A stretch of DNA of 64,000 nucleotides, taken from the NCBI GenBank assembly GCA_046154185.1, contig JBJXGE010000094.1, positions 1 through 64,000 of the forward strand. Reading direction: 5' to 3'. Under the pieces are notes generated by a model. The model did no database searches, was not told the DNA's origin, and saw nothing but the letters and a program-made list of their open reading frames with translations. Source of the DNA: Planctomycetota bacterium (GTDB taxonomy: Bacteria > Planctomycetota > UBA8108 > UBA1146 > JAJFFE01). Position numbers and translations under genes: made by a program. This document shows positions 48,525-57,628 of this stretch, piece after piece; position 1 is the first letter of the stretch; every line of letters begins with the position of its first letter.

Positions 48525-49218
48525 GCTCGTATCCTCCCACCGGCCGTTCCGTCGTCGGCCGCGACTCGCCAGCGAGGCGACCAGCGATGAGTTTCCAAGT
48601 GGCGCGAAACGCCGCCCGCGCGCGCGCCAGAGTCGACTCGACCGCTTTCCGCGATGTGCCGAGCTCCGCCGCGATTTCCGCGACAGAACTCTCGCCGAGG
48701 TACTTGCGCGCCAGCACTTGTTGATAGCTCACCGGCAGCGCGGACATCGTCGCACCGACGAGGTCGTGCGTTTCCGCGCGCTCGATGACTTCGTCGGCGA
48801 GCGGTGCGTTGTCGATTGCCGCCAACGCACGGTCGAGTTCTTCGTCGACGCTGTCGAGAGTGACCGCGAGCCGCGCGCGATAGTCGTCGCGTCGCGCGTG
48901 CGAAAGCAAATGACGCGCGATTCCACACAACCACGTGTAGAGCGACGATTCACCGCGGAAACGATGAAAACCTTTCAGCGCGGCGAGGAAAGTTTCCTGC
49001 ACGAGTTCTTCGACGTCGCGCTCTTTGCCGCCGAGCCGAAAGAACACGAAGCGATAAAGCGGAGCGCTGTAGAGCGCGTGGAGTTTTTCGAGCGCGGCGC
49101 GATCGCCGCGAACGACCGCGCGCGCGAGTTCACGTTCGGCTGCTGGATCATCGAGCGGCACGGGGTGCGCGCCGCTCGACTTGACAACGCGATTCGGTGG
49201 ATCGTTGGAGTCCGTCAT
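48517..49218 (-). CDS. ECF (sigma-70 family) RNA polymerase sigma factor
   Basis: Region 2 (LYRFVFFRL..EDLVQETFLAALK) and region 4 (LPVSYQQVLARKYLGESSVAEIAAELGTSRKAVESTLARAR). Confidence 0.9.
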   Translation of the reverse strand: MTDSNDPPNRVVKSSGAHPVPLDDPAAERELARAVVRGDRAALEKLHALYSAPLYRFVFFRLGGKERDVEELVQETFLAALKGFHRFRGESSLYTWLCGIARHLLSHARRDDYRARLAVTLDSVDEELDRALAAIDNAPLADEVIERAETHDLVGATMSALPVSYQQVLARKYLGESSVAEIAAELGTSRKAVESTLARARAAFRATWKLIAGRLAGESRPTTERPVGGYEHG

Positions 49219-49275
49219 GCCGCTCCTTCCTACCGTTGGTGCCGGAAGGAGTCGACATCATTCGCGGTTTTTGCC

Positions 49276-49779
49276 CTACTTGGCCGCGGCGCCGAGCACT
49301 GCGGCAAAATTCGGCTGTTCGGCGATCTCGCCGACGTACTCGACGTGCTTGACCATGTGATCGGGACCCACGACAAAGACCGCGCGGCACAGCATGCGAT
49401 CGAGCGCACCGCCGGCGATGAGGCAGCCAAAGGCTTTACCAAAGGAAGCGTCGCGGTGGTCGCTGGCGGTCTTGATGTTCCCCGCGCTCGCGGCGCCGCA
49501 CCAGCGTTTGCCGGCCATCGGCAAGTCCATACTGACACAGACGACCTCGGTGTTCTTCAATTTGGCGGCCTCGTCGTTGAAGCGCTTCATCTCGAGATCG
49601 CACACCGGAGTGTCGAGCGACGGCACCGCGCAGAGAATGCGCGTTTTGCCGGCGCCGGATTCGAGCGTGTAGTCGCTCATGTCGGCGAGTTGGAGTTTGA
49701 AGCTCGGCGCCTTCTTGCCGGCGCGCACTTCTTCGCCGACCACGCTGACCGGCTTGCCTTTGAGTGTGACGTTGGGCAT
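49276..49779 (-). CDS. tpx: thiol peroxidase (Tpx, atypical 2-Cys peroxiredoxin)
   Basis: VPSLDTPVC peroxidatic Cys motif and the Tpx-type overall sequence. Start at MPNVTLKG. Confidence 0.85.
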   Translation of the reverse strand: MPNVTLKGKPVSVVGEEVRAGKKAPSFKLQLADMSDYTLESGAGKTRILCAVPSLDTPVCDLEMKRFNDEAAKLKNTEVVCVSMDLPMAGKRWCGAASAGNIKTASDHRDASFGKAFGCLIAGGALDRMLCRAVFVVGPDHMVKHVEYVGEIAEQPNFAAVLGAAAK

Positions 49780-49932
49780 GGAGATTCCTTTCGATTCGGA
49801 CGGAAGCATGAGAGCAAATTGGCAGCGGAATCTTGTGCCCAAGCGCGCGCGGATTCAAGACCGATCGAAGCGGGAAGTGGTCGGCAACCGCGAATACCCG
49901 CGGCTGCCGACCATCGCCGATGGCCGTGACAG

Positions 49933-50544
49933 CTACTTTGCTTTCACGCGGCTGAACGCCATCTCGATGACCTTGGTATTGGTCTCGCCGATCGCTGGGT
50001 CGTGCACTTCAAAGCTGTAGTGATCGGCGTCCTTCCAACGCGTCACATAACGCACCATTTTGTCGTTCTCGCCCGAGAGCGGCTCGTCCATGGTTCCGAA
50101 CGACTGGAAGAGTTTGCCTTCCATGTCGGGTGTGCCTTCGGCCGTGAGCATCGCCGTCGAGAAACTGTCGACGCTGCACGTCACGTACTTCTGCTTGAAA
50201 TTGTCGTAGCCGATGATCATGAAGCCGTCGACTTTCATCCCCATCATGGAGCCGTGCGTCTCGCGGATCAGCCAGCGACCCTCGATGAGCCAGCGGCAAT
50301 CCGCCGTGCCGGCCGATTCGGGCGCACCCATCATGCTCATCTTCATGTCCCACTTGCCGAGCAGCGCTTCGAGCTGTTTGTGACACTTGCCGGGTTTGCA
50401 CGAATCTTCCCAGCGTTTTATCCCGGCCGCATCCGGCGGCGCGTGGTGCGGATCGCCTTGGTTTTGTTGCGAGACCGCGATGCCGGTCGCCGCGCAGAAG
50501 AGCGTTGCGAGCAGCGCGGTGAGCTTCCAATTTGCGATGGTCAT
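49933..50544 (-). CDS. secreted DUF1579-like protein
   Basis: Signal peptide and a roughly 170-aa beta-rich domain. The family assignment is tentative. Confidence 0.5.
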   Translation of the reverse strand: MTIANWKLTALLATLFCAATGIAVSQQNQGDPHHAPPDAAGIKRWEDSCKPGKCHKQLEALLGKWDMKMSMMGAPESAGTADCRWLIEGRWLIRETHGSMMGMKVDGFMIIGYDNFKQKYVTCSVDSFSTAMLTAEGTPDMEGKLFQSFGTMDEPLSGENDKMVRYVTRWKDADHYSFEVHDPAIGETNTKVIEMAFSRVKAK

Positions 50545-50592
50545 GAGACGAGACTCCTTCCGAAGAGTTTGAGGGTGCGAGTCGGGTGACGC

Positions 50593-51777
50593 TTACGAGC
50601 CAGGGAGTTTTCGTTGGTTCGCTTCGGCTTGCACGGCGATGAGTGCGTAACGGAGACGGACGCAGTCGCGTTGTCCATTTGCGACGCCGCTCAAGACTTC
50701 TTGTGCGAAGGCGCGCGCCGTGATCGGGACTTCCGACACCGAAGACATCGAGTTCTCGGCGCCGCCGACGTGTTCGGACACTTCTTTCGAGTGCGACATC
50801 GGCAGCAAGCAAACGATCGCGGCGAAGGCGGCGCCGCACCCCGCGCGGAGCGGCCACTTGCCGAGTCGCCAGGGTCGGCGTTCGAGCCGTTCGATGCGCG
50901 CCAAGATGTCGCTGCCGCGTCCGATGACGCCAATGCCCGTCGACGACGGACGCGCAAAAAATTGTTGTGCCGCGAGCTCTAACAGTGTGTGTCGATAGGC
51001 GGGCGTCGCCTCACGCAGAAGGCGCGCGACATCCGCGTCACAGCACATCTCGCGGACGGCGCTCGCGCGGCGCGCCGCCCAAGCGACGAGCGGGTGAAAC
51101 CAATAGGCGGCGCACACGAGGCGCGTTCCCGCTTCGATCCAGAGATCGCCGCGCCGCACGTGCATCAACTCATGCAAGAAAATGTGAGCGAGCGACTCGC
51201 GCGAGAATGTCGCGACGCTGGAGAGCGGCAACAAGACGCGAGTGCGGACGAGCCCCGTGATCGCCGGCGACGTGACGCGATCCGTGACGACGAGCCGCGG
51301 AATTCGGCGGAGGCCGACGCGACGCGCACAATCGACAAGCAGTGTGCGCTGCCACGTTGGGATCGCGTGTGTCGTGGCGTCGCGCGCGAGTGCGCGCGCG
51401 AGCGCGCAGTTTCGCAGCGCGCTGAGAATAACAAGCCCGAGCGCGCCAACTGCCCACAAGGTGGCGAACGTGATGAGGACGGCGTCACTCCGTGCCCCGA
51501 GTACATTCGTCACGAGCGCCGTCGGGGTTGTTGGCGCCGCAGTAGTAGCCGGTAGCACGAGCGCGGCGATGCTCACCGGCGAAGAGAGTGTCGGCGGGAG
51601 CAGCAACTTGATGAGGATGACGGTCCAGAGCGCGGCGCGCACTTGCGGCCAGAGTCGCCGCCCGCACAGGCGATCGACGAGCGCGACGAACGCGACGAGC
51701 AGCGCGACTTGCCACGTCATCGCGACCATCCACTGCGACCAGTCGTGAACCAGAAGTTTGACACCGGCGCTGGTCAC
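50593..51777 (-). CDS. BlaR1/MecR1-type M56 peptidase signal transducer
   Basis: Four TM helices and the M56 HExxH motif (FLHELMHVRRGD). The start is probably the GTG overlapping the blaI stop. Confidence 0.8.
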   Translation of the reverse strand: MTSAGVKLLVHDWSQWMVAMTWQVALLVAFVALVDRLCGRRLWPQVRAALWTVILIKLLLPPTLSSPVSIAALVLPATTAAPTTPTALVTNVLGARSDAVLITFATLWAVGALGLVILSALRNCALARALARDATTHAIPTWQRTLLVDCARRVGLRRIPRLVVTDRVTSPAITGLVRTRVLLPLSSVATFSRESLAHIFLHELMHVRRGDLWIEAGTRLVCAAYWFHPLVAWAARRASAVREMCCDADVARLLREATPAYRHTLLELAAQQFFARPSSTGIGVIGRGSDILARIERLERRPWRLGKWPLRAGCGAAFAAIVCLLPMSHSKEVSEHVGGAENSMSSVSEVPITARAFAQEVLSGVANGQRDCVRLRYALIAVQAEANQRKLPGS

Positions 51778-52181
51778 GAATGTTTCGCTTTCTTCCGCGA
51801 TGTCGTGGCGGGGGCCGCCGCCGCGCTCTCGTCGAGGAGCTTCCGCAGTTGCGCGCACTCTGCCGCGCTGAGTTTTTCATCGGCGATCAAACAACTGACG
51901 AGCGGTGCGACGGCGCCCTCGTAAACGCGCTCGACGAGCGAGCGCACGGCCGACGTGCTCGCATTGGAGCGCGTTATGAGCGGCGTGTAGAGACTCGTAT
52001 TGAGTCGCTTTTCGGCCCGCAACGCGCCTTTTTCGACGAGACGCGCCAGCATCGTCTTCACCGTCGTATAAGCCCAATCTGTTTCGCCGGCAACTTGCGT
52101 GAGCACGTCCCGCGCACTCGCCGGGCGCGGGCTGTTCCACACGCAGTGCATGACTTTCCACTCGGCATCGGTCAGTTGCAT
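51774..52181 (-). CDS. BlaI/MecI/CopY family transcriptional repressor
   Basis: Winged-helix N-terminus (MQLTDAEWKVMHCVWN...ARDV...DWAYTTVKTMLARLVEKG) and a C-terminal dimerisation helix. Confidence 0.8.
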   Translation of the reverse strand: MQLTDAEWKVMHCVWNSPRPASARDVLTQVAGETDWAYTTVKTMLARLVEKGALRAEKRLNTSLYTPLITRSNASTSAVRSLVERVYEGAVAPLVSCLIADEKLSAAECAQLRKLLDESAAAAPATTSRKKAKHS

Positions 52182-52632
52182 GTTGGTTCTCTCGTCGTTG
52201 CTCTTGCCACAAGTGTAGAGGTTATTACTACAGGTGTAGCAGAAGGTCAAGGGTGTCTTTGGGAGCCGAGTTGTCGCGCCACCGCGCAGGCGCTAGGGTG
52301 CCGTCATGGAAATCGTGACGCCCGCGCAAATTCGACAGATATTGGGAGTGACCGACGCGCTCGGAATTCACCGCGAGGCGGTCGTGGTGCCGCTCGGCAC
52401 GGAAGGCGATGGGTGCGCGCGCCTCAAGTCGCCGACGAGCCTCGAACTCATCGCGCCAGCCGATGCCGCGTTCGAACCCTGGCTCGCGCGCTTGCCGGCG
52501 TTGATCGCGCAACTCGACCTCTCGCAACTTCTGCGCGCGTGAGGAGCGGCGCGATCTGAAGAGTGCGCCGGTCTCGGCGCCGCAGCCGTATGGTCTTTCC
52601 GGATAGTCGGAGCCGGGCGCTCTTGCGGCGGG

Positions 52633-54285
52633 CTATTGATGTTCGAGGTAGCTTTGCGCGAGCAATTCCCCGAGTCGCACAATGCCCGCCGTGCTGATGA
52701 CCAGCTTCTCCTCCTGCGGCGGAAGGTGAAACGCCTTGACGTGAATGAACGCTGCGTCTACGGCGGCGATGGCTGCCAGGTCCGCGGTGACATCAATGGT
52801 GTTGAGTCCCTTCTCATCGGTGGGCGGTTGCTGGCTGACATGCCATTTCAATTTCGGCTGCGCCAAGTCCACGCGGCTTTGCGCGACAGTGGCTTGCAGC
52901 CACTTGGCCGCATCGCGCCGGTAAGGGCCGAAGGACATCTCGTTCTCTCCAACATGATAAAAAATCCCCGCCAGTTCCACCTGATGACCTTTGGCTTGGA
53001 GTTCTCTCATAGACTCCTGAATGAACGCTAGAAACTGCGGGTAGAGATGGCGGTCTTTCGCGCTCGTGCCCTGCGGCGTCCAGTCGTTCATCTGCGAGCC
53101 ACTGTGCGTGAATTTGGCGATGGCGATGTTGTTGCCAGCCACCTTGCTTAGCAGCGAATGGGCGAAGCTGAGTTCTGGGCCGAAGGTGTCGTAGCATCCG
53201 GCGGGGCCGAGCGGCTCCCATCCCTGCGAGGTTTTGTAGCCGCCGCCGAGGCTGTATTTGAAAGCGACCTTCCGATTGTCTTGCGCCAGCGCTTGGTGTC
53301 CGGCAAGCGTTTTGAGTTCCTGCGTGAAAGCGCGCTCACCCTCCATGTTGCGGTGTCCGGCGAGGACGAAGAGCTTTATCGCGGTGCCCTTCGCATACGG
53401 CCACACTTTGAGCGCGCGCTCAGCGGCCGACTTTTTTCCGATCGTTCGCAGATAGGCGTCTGCGTAATTCACGCCGTGCTCCAATTGGCCGAGCGTGCCG
53501 TAGTGATAATGCAATCCCTCCCCGCCACCAATCTCGACGGCAACATGCGAAGTCGGGATGTACTCCGCGAGCGGGTCAGAATCGGCGACGGCCTTTTGCC
53601 CCGCGCGGATGGCGTACATGTTCTCCCGGTTGTCCATGCCCCACACCGTCTTGGTGCAAAGCTCACCGATGTAAAATTTGAGCTGGGGCGTCTTGAGGTC
53701 ACGACGCCAGCTGGCCACGAAGTTCTTCAGGTTCAGGCCGTAGGCCGGCTTGAACTTTCCGTCGAACATATCGTTCTCCCCCTGATGCCACATGAAGCCT
53801 TCGATGCGGTAAGGCACTTTCTTCTGGTCGAGTTCGGCCAGTGACTTCCGCACCCACTCCAAGGCGAGCGGGTAAAGCTTGAAGCCGGTCGGCGTGTCAG
53901 GATTCCAATCGCCGCCCAGCGTCGTGCCACCGGCGGCGCACTTGATGATCGCGATCGGCGCCTTGGTTTCTTGCGTGACTCGCCGGGCAAAGCTGAGTTC
54001 CGGCCCGACCTTCCCATCCACCGGCTGCAACGCGACCCAGCCTGTAGAAGCTGACTTCTCCTCGCGCCCGATGTTGTAGGAAAACAGCACCTTGTCCTGC
54101 GGTAGGTCCAAGCCGGCAAAAGGCGGGAAGCGATGGATGTCCTGCGCTTTTGAATCCGCGCCTTCCATGTTGGACTGGCCCGCAAAGATAAAGATGCGCA
54201 ACGTCCTGGTGTCGGTATCCGGTGCCACGGCGCTCAGGACTGCCAATGGGGCGAGCAGCAACGCAACGAAAAGTAAGCGTTTCAT
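52633..54285 (-). CDS. secreted tandem sialate O-acetylesterase (SASA/CE6-like, two DUF303 domains)
   Basis: Signal peptide and two copies of the GQSNMEG/GHRNMEG catalytic Ser motif with matching downstream blocks. Confidence 0.8.
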   Translation of the reverse strand: MKRLLFVALLLAPLAVLSAVAPDTDTRTLRIFIFAGQSNMEGADSKAQDIHRFPPFAGLDLPQDKVLFSYNIGREEKSASTGWVALQPVDGKVGPELSFARRVTQETKAPIAIIKCAAGGTTLGGDWNPDTPTGFKLYPLALEWVRKSLAELDQKKVPYRIEGFMWHQGENDMFDGKFKPAYGLNLKNFVASWRRDLKTPQLKFYIGELCTKTVWGMDNRENMYAIRAGQKAVADSDPLAEYIPTSHVAVEIGGGEGLHYHYGTLGQLEHGVNYADAYLRTIGKKSAAERALKVWPYAKGTAIKLFVLAGHRNMEGERAFTQELKTLAGHQALAQDNRKVAFKYSLGGGYKTSQGWEPLGPAGCYDTFGPELSFAHSLLSKVAGNNIAIAKFTHSGSQMNDWTPQGTSAKDRHLYPQFLAFIQESMRELQAKGHQVELAGIFYHVGENEMSFGPYRRDAAKWLQATVAQSRVDLAQPKLKWHVSQQPPTDEKGLNTIDVTADLAAIAAVDAAFIHVKAFHLPPQEEKLVISTAGIVRLGELLAQSYLEHQ

Positions 54286-54286
54286 A

Positions 54287-56695
54287 TCAATTGATTCGAA
54301 TGAGTTCCGGCGCGTCCGTGGCGGCTTCTATCTTGGCCATCGCCTCGCGCACGTTTGCGGCTTTTTGCAAACTGAGTTTTTCTGGGAAGTCCTCCTCGCC
54401 CTGCTCGAACATGGCGGCGGTTTCGCGTAGCAGCGGCAACGCGCGCTGCGCGTGGGCGCCGTATTTGAGCAGAATTTTCAGCACGTCGGGCGTGCGATGT
54501 TCGCTGGCCCATTTCGTCTGCGAGCGGAGGTAGTCGGCGCAGGCTTGGATGCCTTCTTCAACGTGATGAATGGCGAGCACTTCGAGGCCGGCGAGGCGCA
54601 CGCCGTCGGCAAACATCTCGCCGCTCGGCGCTGGCTCGACCACGGCTTTGAGGATGACGGGCAGCAGCGGTTTGATTTCTTCGAGCGAGAGCCGCTCGTA
54701 AATGCGGCTGACTTTGCTGCGCGCGTGGCCGTCCTGATTTTGCAGGCCGTGCGCGATCGCTTTGCGGAGTTGGTCGCGATCCACGCCTTCGAGCTGCTTC
54801 GTCCCGGTGAGCATCTTGTCGAAGATCGCGCCGCACAAATACCGCTGTTCCATGCCGCGCGGGTCGTCCTTCGTGGGGCCGACGGCGAGGCGTTCGAGCA
54901 TCTCGGGTAGAGCGGGCAGCGCCGGTTTGCCGATGGCGGCGAGGGCTTCGGCGGCTTTCACGCGCAGCCAAAGGTCGGGGTGTTGAAGCGTTTTGCGAAG
55001 CTGCGGAATGGCGGGAGCGGCGGCGGCTTTGAGCGCCTCGAGTGCCTGACTCGCGCCGATGCGCGCATCGATCTGCGGCGCTTCGAGCATCGCGATGAGG
55101 GCGGACACGGGCGCGGGCTCGCGGGTGGCAACTTCGTTGGCGGCGCGCTCGCGCACGATGGGCGACCACGAGCCGAGGCGCATGAGCAGTTCGGCGTCGG
55201 TGAGCTGCTTATAAGCGCTGTCGCGGTCTTTGTTCGTCCAGCCGCGGCCGTCGGCGATGACGCGCTGCGCGGCGGCGGCATTGAGATGCGGCGTCACGCC
55301 GCGTTGCCTGCCGGTGAGCGCAATTTTTTTCAGCGGCAGTGCGTAGCCGAGCAGGTAGGCGCCGGTGCAGTCCCAGCCCGCGTAGCTGTCGTCGTTCGGC
55401 TCCGGTGGGCCTTGATGCGTGAACGCGCCATCCCAGCGCCGCGCAAGGTCGTGATACCAAGCGCCAAATTCTTCCATCCACGCGCCCGTCGCGTGCGGGC
55501 CGTTCTGCGCGATGGCGGGCAGCGACCACGTCATGTTGAAAAAATTGCCCGTGTGCCCGCAGTCGCGCTCGTTGCCGTGGGACGCAAGGGCCATGCGCGA
55601 GAAATACTCCGCGCCCTTCACCTCGCCGAGCCGCTGGAAAAGCACGGCGGCCATGCCGCATTTGCCATTGTCCTCATGCGTCTCCGTCCACGCCGGATGG
55701 TCGCCGTAGGGCACCGCGCCTTTGCCGATGTAGAAACGCATGAGTCGCGCACTCATCTCGATGGCGCGCGCCACTTCCGCGTCTTTCACACCCGCGTCGC
55801 GCGCCATCACGAGCGCGATGGTGAGCGGCAGGCCCGGCGCGTTCATCATGCCGTAGCCGTTCAGCCGTCCGTCGGGTCGCGCAAAACCATGTCCCCACGA
55901 ACCGACCGAGCTTTGTCCTTTCGCCGCCTCCAGCGCGAGCCGCCGCAAGCCGGGCAGCACCGACTGGTCGCTTGTCGCCGTGATGTACTCCGCGAGCAAC
56001 ATCATCACGTAGCCATAGTGCCATGTTTGGAAATCTCTCGCCGTGAACTCCGCCGCCCACCGCGCCTCCTTTTTCACGAGCGGCAAGAGCGACGCTTCGC
56101 CGCTCGCCAAGAGCGCGAGCGCATTGAGCGCGCGCGTGATGGCTTCTTGATTTTTCGCGTAGTCCGGCTCGGCGACCCGCGCCGCGAGCACCTTGATTCC
56201 CTGCTCGAAAATGCGGCGCGACTTCGCGCAATCATACGGTGCAGTGGCGGAGAACGAGCCCAGCACCGGCAGCTTCACGACGACCTCGCTCGATTGCCCC
56301 GCGCGCCAACGCGTGAGCGCGAGTTTGCCGCCGCCCGCTTTCGTCTCCGCCGCCGTGATGGCTCGGCCCAACTCCGTGCGTGGGTCGAACGAGAACGCGT
56401 TCCCACCCGCGCCGAGCAACACATCGCCCACCGCGAGCACGTGCTCCGCCGGCGACCCTTTTTCCACGGCCGTGATGGCAATCTGCCGCGCATCCGTGGT
56501 TACGAGCTTGTCGCAGAACATCCAGCCGCGCGCGCCGGTGGGTCCGAGATTCCAGTCATGCTTGGCGGCCGCGGGAATGGCGTCGCCCTTAGTAAAATCA
56601 GGCATCGCGAGCTGCTTGTCATCGCCCGCTGCCAACGCGGACGGCGCGAAGCCCAGCAGTGCAATGAAGGTGAGAGACAGCAAAGAGGTCGTCAT
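54287..56695 (-). CDS. secreted DUF6288-like protein with PDZ-like, (alpha/alpha)-barrel-like and C-terminal HEAT-repeat regions
   Basis: Signal peptide, a PDZ-like segment (AVEKGSPAEHVLAVGDVLLGAGGNAF), and C-terminal PBS-lyase-type HEAT repeats. Only 1 bp separates it from the esterase gene. Confidence 0.5.
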   Translation of the reverse strand: MTTSLLSLTFIALLGFAPSALAAGDDKQLAMPDFTKGDAIPAAAKHDWNLGPTGARGWMFCDKLVTTDARQIAITAVEKGSPAEHVLAVGDVLLGAGGNAFSFDPRTELGRAITAAETKAGGGKLALTRWRAGQSSEVVVKLPVLGSFSATAPYDCAKSRRIFEQGIKVLAARVAEPDYAKNQEAITRALNALALLASGEASLLPLVKKEARWAAEFTARDFQTWHYGYVMMLLAEYITATSDQSVLPGLRRLALEAAKGQSSVGSWGHGFARPDGRLNGYGMMNAPGLPLTIALVMARDAGVKDAEVARAIEMSARLMRFYIGKGAVPYGDHPAWTETHEDNGKCGMAAVLFQRLGEVKGAEYFSRMALASHGNERDCGHTGNFFNMTWSLPAIAQNGPHATGAWMEEFGAWYHDLARRWDGAFTHQGPPEPNDDSYAGWDCTGAYLLGYALPLKKIALTGRQRGVTPHLNAAAAQRVIADGRGWTNKDRDSAYKQLTDAELLMRLGSWSPIVRERAANEVATREPAPVSALIAMLEAPQIDARIGASQALEALKAAAAPAIPQLRKTLQHPDLWLRVKAAEALAAIGKPALPALPEMLERLAVGPTKDDPRGMEQRYLCGAIFDKMLTGTKQLEGVDRDQLRKAIAHGLQNQDGHARSKVSRIYERLSLEEIKPLLPVILKAVVEPAPSGEMFADGVRLAGLEVLAIHHVEEGIQACADYLRSQTKWASEHRTPDVLKILLKYGAHAQRALPLLRETAAMFEQGEEDFPEKLSLQKAANVREAMAKIEAATDAPELIRIN

Positions 56696-56905
56696 TGTTT
56701 CGTCGGCCTAAGTTCTATGCTCCGGTGCGGGAGCGCACGCTAGACAAGCAGCGGGTCGCTGCTCTTATCGTCGAGCGCCTTCGCGAGCTAATGCCGCAAC
56801 GCGTGCGCCGTTCGATTCCGGATCAGTTCAACTACGCATCGAATAGGCGCTGCGCTTGCCGAGAGCCCAACGGACACGCGCTACCAGTTCTGCTACGGCT
56901 ACTCG

Positions 56906-57412
56906 CTAGCCGCCGAACTTCTTCCACAGGCGCGGCACGATGCGGCGCAGTTCGGCGTCGTCTTCTTCCCAACTCTCGCCGGCCGGTTCGGCCGGGCGGG
57001 TGACGCCGCTCGCCGGGAGCAGTTCGCCGGTTTTCACTTTGTAGACTCGGCCCGCGAGATTGAGCAGTTCTTCGAGCTCGCACTCGCCGTCGTCGCCTTC
57101 GAGGTAATCGGCGAGATTGTCGGGATCGTCGAGCGCCGCCTCATAAACTTCCCGGCCCCGCGAGATGAGCCACGCCCGAAAATAATCGAAGCCGTCATCG
57201 CTGCAGCCACCATTGATGACATACGCCGCGGCCCACAGATCCCAGCGGTAGGCGTCGTTGTGCAACTCGGTGCAGATGCGATCAAAGTCGCTAATGCCGG
57301 TGGCTGGCAACTTGAGAAGTTGCTCCTCGATGTTCTTGAGCTGCTTCTCGACATCGTCTTCGCTTGCGACCAACGAAGTGTCGATGATCTTCCAAAAAGT
57401 TTTCTCGTTCAT
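56906..57412 (-). CDS. DUF4240 domain protein
   Basis: FWKII...YRWDLWAAAYVINGGCSDDGFDYFRAWLISRG...DPDNL matches DUF4240. Confidence 0.7.
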   Translation of the reverse strand: MNEKTFWKIIDTSLVASEDDVEKQLKNIEEQLLKLPATGISDFDRICTELHNDAYRWDLWAAAYVINGGCSDDGFDYFRAWLISRGREVYEAALDDPDNLADYLEGDDGECELEELLNLAGRVYKVKTGELLPASGVTRPAEPAGESWEEDDAELRRIVPRLWKKFGG

Positions 57413-57628
57413 GACGATCTCCAGCGTGTGGGCGGCTGAACTGGTGGCCGCGCGCTATCCTGCACAAGACGACACCGCTTCTCAAGCGCTTTGTTGGCGC
57501 CCGCCACGCGACGAATTCACCGTTTGCAAAGCTCGTCGCCACTGCTAACTTGTTGGGCTCCGAAAGTCTCCCTTTACGCCTTTCGATCCATCCCCGTCGC
57601 GGCCCGTGTGCCGCACGAAGAGAGCGCC

